64,000 nucleotides of DNA from Amoebophrya sp. A120 (lineage: Eukaryota > Protista > Dinoflagellata): assembly GCA_905178155.1 (NCBI GenBank), contig CAJINV010000005.1, forward strand, positions 7,618,989 to 7,682,988, written 5' to 3'. The notes under the pieces were generated by a model. It saw nothing but the letters and a program-made list of their open reading frames with translations, did no database searches and had not been told where the DNA came from. Of the stretch, positions 1-12,549 are shown piece by piece; position 1 is the first letter of the stretch; the number at the start of each line of letters is the position of its first letter. A program made the position numbers and the translations under genes.

Positions 1-752
1 TGCATGGTGGAGCGGCTGCGGTGTCAGGACCAACAGCGGCTGGAACTGTTACTGCCTCCTCATCTCTGAGCAATCGAGGGGGAGTTGGTGGCGGTGCTGA
101 AGGGGACGAGGACGCAGTTGTGGGTGATCAACAAGCGCTGGACGAACAGGCACAACAAATGATGAAAGCAGGGGAGCTACAACAAGCTCAAGATGACGAA
201 AAAGCTTCTCCACAAACCCGCACGTCCGGGCGCGCTTCTTTGAAGCAGCGGGATCCTGTGACTTTGCAGGATTCTCTCACGCACACGCCAACCACTGTAC
301 CAGCTGGTGAGCAAGGAAGTAATCTTCTTACGGGTGCAGGTCCTCCTGGCAACACGACTGATGGCGCAACAGCTGGTCCCGAGTCTAGCAACACAAATAG
401 TGCCAACGGGGCACAACAACCGGCAAAAGCAAATGCCGACGAAGAATCGGAGAACCAGCCGCACGACATGAACCTAGCGGAAACTTCTTCCGCCGGGACC
501 GCCGCAAAACCACTTCCGCCCCCAAGGACGACTACGACTTTGGATGAGGACATCGTGGACGAAAATTTATTGGACACCACGAAAAGCAACGTCGGCATTG
601 AAGACCAGGATGGTATTGAGTCTGAGCTAGGTGAGAAGACGTTTCACTTAGACGAAGGTATCGCCGGGTCGAAGCAGACGAATGTCGAAGAGGTGAAGGA
701 GCCCGAAGACCCCGCACTGCACGATAACCACTTGTTGAATGGGGGGAGGTAG
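1..752 (+). CDS. 3' part of a low-complexity acidic (D/E/Q/T-rich) hypothetical protein, probably 5'-truncated by the window
   Basis: Frame open from the window start to TAG at 752; coding-like composition; no recognisable domain. Confidence 0.6.
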   Translation, partial: HGGAAAVSGPTAAGTVTASSSLSNRGGVGGGAEGDEDAVVGDQQALDEQAQQMMKAGELQQAQDDEKASPQTRTSGRASLKQRDPVTLQDSLTHTPTTVPAGEQGSNLLTGAGPPGNTTDGATAGPESSNTNSANGAQQPAKANADEESENQPHDMNLAETSSAGTAAKPLPPPRTTTTLDEDIVDENLLDTTKSNVGIEDQDGIESELGEKTFHLDEGIAGSKQTNVEEVKEPEDPALHDNHLLNGGR

Positions 753-2475
753 AGACAACATTCATCTGCTGGGTGTACTAGGATATTAGTTGCTGTCGTG
801 AAGTAGATACATAGGTTCTACTTGCAAAGAAGTCGCTCACGGCTGCCAGTATACAAGAACCGCTAGAGTAAACTACAGATGACTACATCTACTACATCTT
901 CTCACGCTAGAAACGAATTTCGGTTTCTGTCACATTCTTGTCATCAACAGGTGAGGAACAAAATATGTAAGCTGCACGCTCACACGAAAAGTCATTTTTT
1001 CTTTTAGTTTTAGAAGTATACTGCTATTGTTTTTGTTATCATTTGAAACTGAAAGTGAAAGCAAATCCAAATGCTCTATCTTCAACAAACAAACTGCGTA
1101 CAACTGGTTAAGTGCTCTCCGAGCTTTTAGTTTTTTCCAAATACAGGTCCTGAACATGGCCAGTCGCAGTCCTTTGTGCCAGCATGAAAATCATGCGAGT
1201 CCGTAATTTCCGACACGAATAAAAACCGTGGCTATTCTGGTTCGTAGCTGCTGACTATCTTTTTTCATCAGTTTCGATTCTTCAATTTGATTTTGAAACC
1301 CGACCCGGCGCGGAAGCTCTTCCATTTTTACTTCACATCGCAGAGTCGAAATCGTCATGTGTTGCGCTTGCATTGTCTCGGTCGGGAAAAAAATCTTTGT
1401 TTCCAGCATTCACCCTCCTTATGTCAGGGCGTGGGCGGGACAATTCTATTCACACACATGAGCTGTCTGTGTCTGTATCTATCTTTCGGTTGAGAACAAG
1501 ACCACCCTCGGATGAGAAAAGCCTGGCTCTACTCGGTTTTCGTGCAGCTGCGGAGTGCTTCAGTGACTACTTCTAGCCCGCCTTTTTTAAGTATTTGTAA
1601 TTGTATTTCGTGCTTTGGAGAAAAAAGTCGCTTAACATCTTTTTCCGCGAAAACATCTCGGTCTTTTTTGCAGGTTCGTCGCTGTGGCGCAGCTTCTTTG
1701 CGCGTTTTATCGGTCCTTCTATCTTGGCACGTTTCGCGTACATTGAAGCGGTCTTTGTCGGTGTCGCTACTCGTCCTTTTTGCAGCAGTCCGGAGAAGAA
1801 TTGCAGCGTCTTCGCCGACGTTAGCTCTGTTGTGGAGCTGGAGCAGAACAAGTCAAAGTTTTGTCTAGCTTGAAGAAAAGTCGGTGCCGGTTTGCAGACT
1901 GGAAATAAGTTTGACGGAATGGCGCGAGGACAACGTGTCGTTTGCTATAGTTGTGAAATTTCGGTTATAGAATTTATTAGAATTTCAATTTTTTCATATT
2001 TATTTCAATTTTTTCAGGTCCTCGTCCTCGTGGAGGTTTTAGCACCTTTCGGTAGGAGTAGTACGCTCTAGCTGCATTTGCATCGACAGAAACTGACGAG
2101 GAATCGAAGATCGCTCAAGTTTTGAAAATTCAACAAAAATCGGCTGTCTGAAAATTTGAGTTCAACACTCGCAGAAGTTGCCCCTTGTTTTATTTTGCCT
2201 TTTACCGCGCAAAGACAAATCATGAAAGTCCTGCTCCAGAACAAAACGGCGTTGGTCCTGGGGAGTGCCGCTTTTCTTGGCGCCCTCAAACCGACGGCGG
2301 CCGTTGACGTCGCGCAGCTTCTATGGGAGTGTGGAAGAGCTGCTTGTTTCCCTCGTTCTGATTTGTCATCGAAAGGCGCAAGAACCGCGCGTGCTTTTAT
2401 TTTTGGGGCCTTTCTGTACTTTTTTGCATGACAAGCTGCAGCAGAAATGCAAAACGAAAGTATTTGCAATGGGAA

Positions 2476-3170
2476 ATGCAGATGCTAGTCGAGTTAAGTA
2501 TGGATCTGGTGGCTTCGGTGATGCTGATGTTCTTTCTGTTGCTGGTCGCATCCGCCTCCTGCGCATGAGGCATTTTGCACTGCACACAAGCATCGCAATC
2601 GTATTGTTGAGTGCAGTCTTCAAGCTCCGGCATGACTAAAGTTAAATCGTGCGGCGCAAAGCTGATCATGCCGAGAGAATGCAATTTATTGTAGCTGCAC
2701 GCAGTTGCAGCACTTGCACTGCGACGATTTTTCCATGCATACATAGGCAATAAACAAGGGGAGCAAGTTTTTATTGTGCGCTCTGATAGCTTCTGGGCCG
2801 CCTCGGTTTCGGTACCGGCGAGGGCACGAACACCCTGAAAACGAACAAGGCACCGCAAGAAGAAGAGCCGACCTGTAAACTTGTGCTCGACCAAGCCCAA
2901 AGTAATTCCCAAACGACCCCCGACTTTGAAAAATTTGCTGCAGCAATGAAGATCCAGAATCCGCACGTGTGCCAGGTTCTCGCGTTCTCGTTCTATTACA
3001 CGGACGCTGCGAAGGCGGAGGCAAAGAGTGGTCCGGAAAACATCAAATTCGTGCATGATCCGGCTACTGTTGCTGCTATCAATGCAGACAATCCTGATGC
3101 GCCCACCCTCATGATGAACGGAATCATCAAAACCTGCTGCACTGTATGTTGGCCCGCTCATTTCGACTAG
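2476..3170 (+). CDS. Small putatively secreted Cys-containing protein, paralog A of a tandem family
   Basis: Signal-peptide-like MQMLVELSMDLVASVMLMFFLLLVASASCA at 2476; exon after AG at 2789 reads LLGRLGFGTGEGTNTLKT...TCKLVLD...KTCCTVCWPAHFD*. First intron boundaries not resolved. Confidence 0.55.
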
Positions 3171-3446
3171 CCTTGACACCACTCGAAGGTTTGTGGTGCG
3201 TGCATATATAGTACTTGCTTCCTGCTCGAATAAAAGAATAGATTTAAGTAATAAATTGAATCTGTCTGCCAACAGCAGACGAAAATTGCAACAGCTTGTA
3301 TATGTATGTAAGCGTCCGAGAGCCGTCCACTGGTTCCGCGCAATCCGAGCTGAAAGTAAAAAACTGCACAGACACATCAAGTGCAAGCAGTTGTTGCGCA
3401 ATTAATCACAAACGAAGCAGAAGCTGCTGTTGGCACTGGTACTAAG

Positions 3447-4298
3447 TCGAGGTCGTCTAGTCTGAGCGGGGCATATTCTAACTACGGCCCACACTCTATG
3501 GATGTGTCAGGTTTGAAATCGTCAAAGTTGAGATAGTTTGTCATGCACAAAACGGATACCGGTTAGACCTACAGTCTGTAGTCGGTGCATGGCAAATTTT
3601 CCCGGTCCTGGAAGCGAGTCTGTCATGCGGTTTAGGGTAAAAGGGCTGCCTTCTGTCATGCTAGTTAGCAGTCCAACTTTTGACCATTACCAGGACTATA
3701 ATCGGCCTCCCGTGGGTCCTCTGCAATAGAGTCACTTTTTGTATCGCATTTTCGGCACTGCAAATTATTTCAACTTTGACGATTTCAAACCTGACGCTTC
3801 CATACACTTGCTTCGCACGCAGATCAGCGTGGACAAGCAGACCACCTGCCGGAAGGCGGTCGATTATGCATTGCAAAAGTATCGTATTAGTACAAATTGC
3901 ATTACAAATTTTATCAGAAAGCCAAATGAAATTTGTAATGCTAGTTCAGGTAAAAAGGTAGGTTTGTCATGCAAGATTGCCATTTCTACGAGTGCGATAC
4001 TTCTGCACAGCATATCGATGCGGGGAAGTCAATGATGCTTGCTCAACAACCACCTCCTGCAGAACCGGTAACGGACGACTCGGTGTGCATAATGACCGCC
4101 GTTGCGACGCATTACTCCTCCGCGGAAAAGGCGAGGTACAAGACCGGTGTTGAGCAGCAGAAGTTTAGTGGTGATCCTGCCGCCGCGTTTCGCGATCCCG
4201 CCACAATTCCCGATCTCGCCACTGTGCCGGTGTTCTTCGCTAGCGCGAACAATGCGCTGCAAACATGCTGCACTGTATGGCCCGCTCGCATCGACTAG
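3447..4298 (+). CDS. Small Cys-containing protein, paralog B (5' exon not resolved), with two TIR introns
   Basis: Removing 3497-3804 and 3865-4014 (each +5 nt TSD) gives SRSSSLSGAYSNYGPH.LRTQISVDKQTTCRKAVDAGKSMM...LQTCCTVWPARID*, which aligns to paralog A. Confidence 0.65.
3497..3804. mobile_element. TIR introner, family C
   Basis: tatggatgtgtcaggtttgaaatcgtcaaagttga ... tcaactttgacgatttcaaacctgacgcttccata; TSD cactc/cactt. Confidence 0.9.
3865..4014. mobile_element. TIR introner, family B
   Basis: tatgcattgcaaaagtatcgta ... tgcgatacttctgcacagcata; TSD tcgat/tcgat. Confidence 0.92.
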
Positions 4299-4601
4299 CC
4301 ACCTTGATTTTTATTCGACGGCTTGTGTGTCTGTGTGCATGATTGATTTGGATTGCTAGTAAGTCGCAATCTCAACCGCATTGATAATTGTCTGCAATTG
4401 CAATTTCGGCGCCACTTGTAGTGTTCAGTACTTTTCATATAGTCGATGTCATGCTCATGATCTACTTATGTAAAATCATTTATACAACAAAGATGAAGAT
4501 CTAGTTGTAGATGTACATGCGCGTGACAAGGAGCGCAAAACAAAGATGCTCGCGGTCCCGGGACCGGGACGTAAGAACGGGGATGCGGTTGCGTTTCTTA
4601 G

Positions 4602-5115
4602 CTGAGATGGTCTAGTCATCTGAGCGGTGCATATCGTGGCTACGGTCCAAACTTGATTGCGCCGGCCGTATGGAAGTGGGAAAACTCCCCCTCCCCCTCG
4701 TTTGTATATGCAAACTACCAAATCCAGTGGGTCTGGTAGTTTGCATTCTGCATCGTGTCCACCAACGTGGTTTGTAGTCCTCCGGTGGATTTAATCCACC
4801 AGCCACCACTTGGGCTCACTTGCACTTCCTTGCGTTATTCAAGCTAGAGCACGACTAGGACAACTCGCATAGGTAATTTTGGTGGAGCCTGAAAGAGTAC
4901 CACTACTACATCAGTCGGTCCGTGTGTACTAGGTCATTTCTTCGTAATACGAAGGGCCCATGATTTCTGCCATTTGTGCCGCTTGTAGTTTTGCCGTTCA
5001 TTTATACCTCTAGTACACAAATAAGGGGGCGAGGGTGTAGTGCACTATCATAGGCCGCAAACAAGCAGCAGAACCGGAAGCAGCGCCGCTCCGATTCAAT
5101 TTCTTGCTGCTGAGG
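4602..5115 (+). pseudogene. Paralog C of the tandem family, truncated or short
   Basis: After tttcttag the exon reads LRWSSHLSGAYRGYGPNLIAPA, matching paralog B SSSLSGAYSNYGPH; after introner removal it stops early (..SDSISCC*). Confidence 0.45.
4669..5052. mobile_element. TIR introner, family E (diverged)
   Basis: tatggaagtgggaaaactccccctccccct ... gggggcgagggtgtagtgcactatcata; TSD ggccg/ggccg. Confidence 0.82.
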
Positions 5116-5116
5116 C

Positions 5117-5239
5117 TGCTTGGGTCATCTTACGCAGATACCACAGAAGCGAGGGCAGCGGTCTCTTCATGCTGAGGCTGCTGAGGCTGGGCTGCTTGGG
5201 TCATCTTACGCAGATACCACAGAAGCGAGGACAGCGGTC
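5117..5239 (+). repeat. Near-perfect ~47-bp direct repeat, 2 copies
   Basis: ctgcttgggtcatcttacgcagataccacagaagcgagg(g/a)cagcggtc at ~5117 and ~5192. Confidence 0.85.
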
Positions 5240-6776
5240 CCTTCAGTGTTGTTTTTCCTGCTTGTTCTGAATTGCTTTTCCTGCTTGTCTCTCATGTGCA
5301 TGTCATGAGTATCGATCGCACAGCGAAGTTGTTTGAACCAAATTTATTGTTTTCGAGTTTTCTGTCAGTATAAGTGTTTCCTTTTTATTTTGACTTTCAT
5401 CTATCTACTCATTAAATACACGCAAAACTTTAACCTGGTAGCTCTGTTCAACATACTCGTCAATGATTATCTGTGAATTTATGATAGTTGCGGACGTCTC
5501 GAAAATCAAAATTTGCTTACCGACCAGCACTTCTAACTCTTGAAAATAACATATAATACCGATACCGTCGAACACGATTTCTTGTTGTCACTCAATCTCA
5601 AATTTCTTCTTACCGAATATATTAAAGACTACTTGTTACCCAATGCAAAAATCGGAGTAGAGCAATTCGCTTCTATGGCTGTATGCAGCACGCCCAGGAG
5701 TGACTTCTCCTGTTTGGTGGAAATATGAAACGTCAAGAATTAGACCACCTAGCACATGAAACGCGAGCTCGTGCAGCAGAGAAGCAGGTGAAAGAGCGCT
5801 CTGATATTAATTCTATCTTTTAACAACGAGCATGATCATGAAAATGAATAAATCTGTATATGGGCCGCCGGGTCGTCATTGAAGTCATCCTCACTTTCTG
5901 GCGGCAGGAATGAAGTCGCGTGTTCCTATTGTCATTTAGACTATGTCTTTTCAGGCCAGGGGTGTGGGAGATGGATGGTTGGAAGGAGATTGAAAGAACC
6001 GGAGGCGACAGACTAATGGGTAGTGTCGAGGAGGTGAAAGAAGAAGAACCGGAGGAACCAGCGCTGCATGTGATAGCGCCTCTTGTTGAATGGTGGGGGG
6101 CAGAGACTGGATACAGTAGAATGTTGAGAACAAGACCACCCAGAAAAGCCTCACTCTCGGTTTTCGTGCCGCGAAGTCCTTCAGTACCAGTAGCTAGCCT
6201 TTGAGGCTTTCGTATTGGCGCCCGCAAACCGAAAAAAGCGGCCGGGGTCGTGGACGTCGAACAGCTTTTGTCGGACAACGATGGGCAGATGCGTGTCGCC
6301 TGGTGCGAGGACCAAAGCCGCCCGCAGTTTGGCGCAGCCCTTTCCTTCGGTTCACCGGCTGGTCGCAATGAGCGGCAACTGGATGTTTGTGTGGTTTCGT
6401 CATTATCTGGCTGCAAATAAAGTGCCGGACTTGTGTTCGCTGACGTTCAGAACAAAGACGTGAAGACGCCGCGCATTGCAATGCGAGTTGAGGCGCTAGC
6501 ATTCGTTTTTTCTTATTTTTCGATCGGTCACTGCAATCTGGATCTGATGACAATAGCAGTGACATGTTGCTGCCTCCTAACTATGTTGTATAATACTGAT
6601 ACTCAAAACAAATGAAGCAGGAATTCCTCTTCTAGCTAAGATCGGCAACTAGAACTACGACCAAAACCAAGAGAACCTCTGCGCTGAGCGTACCAGCAGC
6701 GTCGTTATCTACTATTGACGAGCACACCATCCAACTTGAAGTTGAACTTTCTTCCGTGGTAATAGATGTGGCTATA

Positions 6777-9700
6777 ATGTCTTGGCCTCGTGGTATTCGT
6801 GTTGCTTTCCTGTTTGACTTTATTGCCGGTCCATTCCCACTCTTTGCGGCCGGGAGCGGAACACCAGGAGCTGGAGAAAGCCTAATTGCGGACGACACCA
6901 AGCGAAAGCTGGCGGCCCATGGGATCTTTGTCCCGGATGAAAAGCGAGATGCTGACCCAGGAACAAGCGGAAGCACAGGTCTTTCTGTCTCCTTCGAAAT
7001 GGAACTTCGTGAGGAGGAGCCACTACTTCTTGATGTGGTTCCCACGACCGCCGCATCAGCTGCACAACCACAATCCATTTCTTCAACAGCCGCAGTGGCT
7101 GAGGAGCCTGGCCAGGAAGAATTACTACAAAGCCGAACTGGAACTACAGTAACAGTAGAAGCTGCTGCAGCTCCTGCGAGGGACAAAGATAAAAAACTCG
7201 TCGTCGAGGTTGGTGTTAACGACGCTTCAGTGTATGACGAATTTAAAGAGCAGGAGAACGTCTTGGTAGTTGGATTTGAACCCGTTTTGGACAAATACGC
7301 GAGGGTGGTGACAAAATACTATTCGCCTGATGAAACTGGTGATGATGTTGTAGACACAACTACACAAACTCCAACAACTTCTTGCGCTGCAACTACAACA
7401 GCACTGTGCATTTCGTGGAAGGATTTGTGGTCAGTACCCGGGAAATACCTGGTTTTTCCCTTTGCGGTCGGGGATGATACGGTAACGACAGTAGAAGAAG
7501 CAGCTGAAGAAGTTGTACTGGAAGAAGGGCAAGAAGAAGTTCAAGGTGGTCCTGATCTTCATCTTCATTTTGGCTCGTCCACTCCGCATGACAAACCGCA
7601 ACATCGAAGCGAGAAGCATCTTCTCAGTATCAAGAAATACCTTCCCTTCCACATCGCGAAGCTCGACGGGTGCTCGTCTTTATCAAAAATCGACTCCAAG
7701 AAGCTCGATGGGTTACTCCCCGGCACCGTTCCCACCCAGGTTTTCGCAGATGCAGAGGAGGAGAGGAAGGAAAAATCCTCCACGGCTAGGAAGGAACAGC
7801 AGGACCTGCACAAGGCCTTCTGGACGGAGCGGTGTGGAAAGACTTTGTCAACGAGAATTGTCCCGGTCGTGAGTCTGCGGACTTTGTTGGACTCCGGGGT
7901 AATTGGAATGCTGCAAAGCAATAGGAAGAACAGCATCGACTTCTTGAAGATCGACGCGCAGGGGTATGACGTGGACGTCGTCGGGTCCATTCTCGCCAAC
8001 ACACCTCAGTTTGACATTGTAAGAGATTGATAGCAGCATTCCCTCCTGCTCCGCATTTTATGGAAGTAGGAGATGTTCGCTTCTGGACCATCTGCGGTGG
8101 AAACTGAGGAACAAAGGAGGGTGTTACATACAGAGCTAGAGGCCTTCCCTATGTATGATCTATTATTGTGGCAGGTGTACGTACAAAGTTGTCCATATGA
8201 TTACTCGCTCACCTCCGATCATGCGATTGATCTTGATCTTGAGATTCTCATCTTCTCCCTTGTTTCGCAGCTTAGAATCTGCATCGGCAGTTTCCGCCGT
8301 TTCCCCTCCAATACCGGTTCAGCGGCTGTTGAACATGACGCACTACTCGCTGGACGCCATGTATGCAAGAAAAAAACTGTATAAGTGTAAATCTGTCATG
8401 CAGAAAATGCAAAACAGTTACACTTGTCATGCTCGACATGCATGATCGGCTCGCTTCCTATGTGTTTTCCCTTCCTATCTGCGCATAACAAGTTTTTCTT
8501 GTCATGGCAGACAAACTTGTGATGTTGTTTTCCCAAAAGACTCACACTAACACAGTTTTTTTCTTGGATACCATGCTGATTGAAAACGAGGGGAGATTCA
8601 TGCACCGACTGTTGAAGCTGGACGCAACTATACAACCCCACAATGAGCTGCATTCCCGCATGACAAGTTCTGTTTCTGGATCTGGTGTAGTACCTTCACC
8701 GCAGCATCACAAACTCTTCCACTTCTCTCCGCGCTCCCAGCTCTTGCTCCAAAGAGCGATCAAATCCATTCAACTAGAAATGACGGCGGACATTTGCAAC
8801 ATCCCGTACCAGCACGCGCCGCTTTGCTCGCAGGCTTTGTTCATCATGAACTTGCTGAACTACACGACTTTGGGGGACAACTGCGGCGACTTGCTGTGTA
8901 TCGAGTGCAAATATGTCTGGCTCTGGGTCTGGAAGATTGCGAGGTTTGTCGTGCTAGTCTGGCATGACTCTGAGCTCTGTATTGCGTGACCACAAGAAAC
9001 AGCTTCTCTCGCCTGTCATGCAAAAACGCAGCTTCTCATGGTCATGCGGAATACGCAGCACAGAAGCACGAAGAAACTTGTCATGCTTGGCGGCGCATTG
9101 CAGTGCGCTTATTATTGACTTACTTGCATCACAACTTCCCAGACCCAGACATATTTGCAATGCATACTGTGGTCAAGGGAGCACTCCTTCTGCACGACCG
9201 ATTTTTTGTTTTTTCAGAAGAAATTTTCGTTCAACGAGATCGGGTTATACGCCGACGCGGTCTTTTATTCCCTGAAAATCAACCACATTCCCCATCCAAT
9301 TTGTGATGCAAAACACGCAGTAAGGCCTGTCGTGCGTGTCATGCGAAAAGTGGACGATGGTTAATTTTCAGGGAATATCTTTAAACGGAGGAGGCTGGGA
9401 CTGGGGGTAGGGGACCCGTATGAAGAGGTTGTGAAGGGGAAATTGTTGGCAGATAAAGCAAAGATGGAAAGCAAAAATAAACCAGACGGCAGTGATGCCA
9501 ATCATGTTGGCGATCATTCTGATTCACAGCATGTCGTCGAGAAGATGAACAAATCAGCCACAGTAGTAACAAGCCCAAGAAGTAGGACGCGCTTGATGAC
9601 CTGGAAAGGCCGTCTGCAAGTGCTGGATCAGTTTCCGATCCGGTTACGAGAAGCGAGAGCGGGGACCCCCGATAATGTTACTACAGGACAAACAACAGAA

Positions 9701-10393
9701 CTAACAGAAACCAAACTCGTCCTCAACGTCGAATGCGGCCTGGAGAGCGCTTTGGAGGAAGAAGAAGACTCTCCTACAACTTCTGTCGACGCAACATCAC
9801 AAGAACTACGACGACACCCCCGTACAACTACCACAACCACCGTCTCCTTCACGACAAATTGGCGACGATACCTGAAATTCCTCGCATTCCCTTGGGAACA
9901 AGAGGAGAAACACTGGAGGAAAAATTTCCTGGCGAAACACTCGGAGGACATGAGGAAAAAACTGCTAGATTCCCCGCGATTCGCCTACAACCGGCCGAGC
10001 CGGGTCAGGAACACGACTTTGGGAACGCTGGCGCTGAGTTCTTACGAAGAGGGAGAAGAAGTGGAGGACGATCACGATGGGGGTAGCAGCGAAGGTGCTG
10101 GGGGAAGAACGACATCATCTGGACGTCGAAGTACTAGAAACACGACTTCTGCCAAGAAGTTGTCTCAGCACTACGTCGTTCCGGTAGACTTCGTGAAAAT
10201 CCTCCGGGATGTTTTCGAAAACGATATTGAGAAGTTTGTAAAAGTGTTTTTCGAGGACGGAGGAAGTTCTGGCGTCGTGAAAGAGGTTGTTATTAGAGAT
10301 TGTCGAAAAGTGAGTGCGAGTCAAAGTGGCAGAATACACATTCGAGAAACAGCAGAAGTAGATGTTAGACTTAAAAGAATAGAACAAGCGTGA
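6777..10393 (+). CDS. FkbM-family (Methyltransf_21-like) SAM-dependent methyltransferase with N-terminal hydrophobic segment and low-complexity insertions
   Basis: Motifs VEVGVN, VGFEPV, FAVGD, SSL, VPVVSL, IDFLKIDAQGYD, IKSIQLE, ADAVF. GT-AG introns 8019-8069, 8153-8270, 9303-9371 and TIR introns 8362-8570, 8899-9166 all join in frame. Confidence 0.75.
8362..8570. mobile_element. TIR introner, family G
   Basis: tatgcaagaaaaaaactgt ... acagtttttttcttggata; TSD ccatg/ccatg. Confidence 0.92.
8899..9166. mobile_element. TIR introner, family A
   Basis: tatcgagtgcaaatatgtctgg ... ccagacatatttgcaatgcata; TSD ctgtg/ctgtg. Confidence 0.92.
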
Positions 10394-10574
10394 TATTCTT
10401 TACTACGGTTGACTGAGTAAAAGGTAGTGACACCGTAATCGACTTCGACAGAAAGCCAAAGCACAAAAAACCCTGCATCGAGAGTTCGCTATCACAGGTG
10501 ATATGATTTGGTGTTCCAGGCTCGAGCATTTCGGCGGTTCGATTGAGGTCACCAGCGTGTATTATCATTATGCC

Positions 10575-11720
10575 GATAATTCGACTTCGCATTCATATGT
10601 GTCGCAGCGGCCTGCTTTCCTTTCTTTTAGTGCGCGCCCCGGCCGGCGCGTGATAACTAAAAAGGGCCGGGCCCGTTCGCTCGCGGCCGCGCCGGAAGGC
10701 GAAGCGGAAGCCAGCGCGCAGCCCCCTCCTAGCGACCCGGCGGCAGCGCCCGGCGGGCGCAGCCGCGCCGGGGATACAGGCAGCCACCGCGCTGATGAGA
10801 ACCAACGCCACGGCACGACGCCGCTGGGTGACAGGGAAGCAAGGCAGGGGCCGGGGGGCCCGCCAGGTTCGGCGGAGCCGCGCCGCCTTCCCGCTGCCCT
10901 GCGTGCGTGTGTCTCCGGCCCGGTGCATTCAGTGGACCGACGCGCGGGCGCCCGCCGCCTAGCATCGGCCCGCACGCTGCCCGGCCGGACTCCGGGGCGG
11001 GGCCAGCGAGGCAGGGAGGCAGGCGGCAGCGGTCGAAGCACAAACGGCGAGCCGTGAAGCGCCTGCCTTTGCCGCGAGGAGTTTACGTGACGCACGCAAG
11101 GCAACAGGGAACCGCCCGCGGTCGGCCCGTGCGCGTGGTATGGTTCAGAGGGCGCGCGGGTCGGGCCCGTGCGTTGCCCCCCGCCCGCTCTTTGGTTCGC
11201 ACGCCTGCCGGCGGGGCCTTCCACGCACCCCCCCGCGGGCGGCCGGAGTTGCATCCCCGGCCCGCGCCTCCACCTTGGCTGGCGTGGGCGTAGACATTGC
11301 GCGCCAAAATGGCCCGCCCCCGCATTAATTCGCCCACAGTGGTGGCCGGGCGGGTCGGCGTCGGTCGGTCGGGCGAGCGTCTGTGGCGCACCAAGGCAAG
11401 GGAGCCGGGGCCCGCCGCCCCGCCCGCGCGCCCGCCTCCATGCTTGCTGCCAACCAAGCGCGCGCCCGCCTCCAAGCGTCACCTCAGATTAATTATTTTC
11501 GCGGCGCGAGTGCCCGTCCCGTCGTGGTTCGCTGGGTATTGTTGCCGACCCCGCCTGTGCTTCCCTCATTTCCCCCCCTGTGGGCGAGGGGTTGATGCGA
11601 GCTACCATAGCCAGAGCGTGTTGCCTCGTCCCCGGGGCCCATTCCCTGCTGGTGTTTGTTGTGCAGCCACGAAGGAGCCACAGCCAGCTGTGTGCGATTG
11701 CGATGCCCCCAAAGAAACCT
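10575..11720. other. GC-rich degenerate island, probable decayed repeat or transposon; boundaries approximate
   Basis: Abrupt GC rise; overlapping R/G/P/A-rich ORFs in many frames; no recognisable domain. Confidence 0.45.
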
Positions 11721-12549
11721 TCCTGTCGCGAGCAGCAAATGTTGGAACTGATCGCCTTGCTTTCGTGATGGCGCAGTGTTAGTTTGAGCGGATCGTCGAC
11801 AAGGTAACAAACTGTGAGAGATTCGTCGTCGCCATAGTATTGATTCAGTGTCGTGGTGGCTCGTAAATCTTCCTCCATGCCGTGGTCCTCTGCTTCGCCG
11901 CCCTCATTCGATCTTACTTATGAGTATGACGATAATTATTCGGGCCAGCCTATTTTCTGTACGTATGCCATGTCATATTTCTGTGCGCAGAAGTGTCGTG
12001 TGTTTTCTTCTCAATGAATAAAATCTAGCACGAAATAGACTGTATTTCGAGTGTTGCCCGATTCACCTTCAGTGCAATCTTTTCTATGTTCATTTCTTCG
12101 CGGCAAAATGACTGCCCAGCACGACCGCAGAACTTCTTCTAGAGGCACACCCAACCGTGGCCCCGACGGAACACTACAGGAACAGCCAGAGTTTGTCGGA
12201 CAGGAACCTTGCTTCTACACCAGTGGTTTCAAAATCAGCTCCAAGAACCTGCACGTAAAATTTTTCACCGCGGCCGCGACCGCCGGTATCTCCACGAACT
12301 CGAAGAACGGCTCGCAGCCACGACCGACAATATGCTGATTTTCAACTGACTCTTCGATTGTTTGACGAGGACCTCCGACTGCCGAGGAACGTGAAAATTA
12401 GTGATACGCAAGAACAACAAATCTTCATCTGAAACAGCTGAGAATAAAGCATCTACAACAATTGAGTTGTACGTCGACAATCGCAATCCGACCACGAAGT
12501 AGCAGCTGCCTCTGTTTGTTCATCTTCACCGAGCCGACCACCCAAGAAC

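Noticed and set aside
2397-3401. 334-aa minus-strand ORF
   Set aside because: It is antisense to paralog A, whose + strand product is supported by homology to paralog B
9362-9364. Stop-codon readthrough joining ORFs 9155-9364 and 9431-10393
   Set aside because: A 69-nt GT-AG intron (9303-9371) removes the TAA in frame, so no recoding is needed
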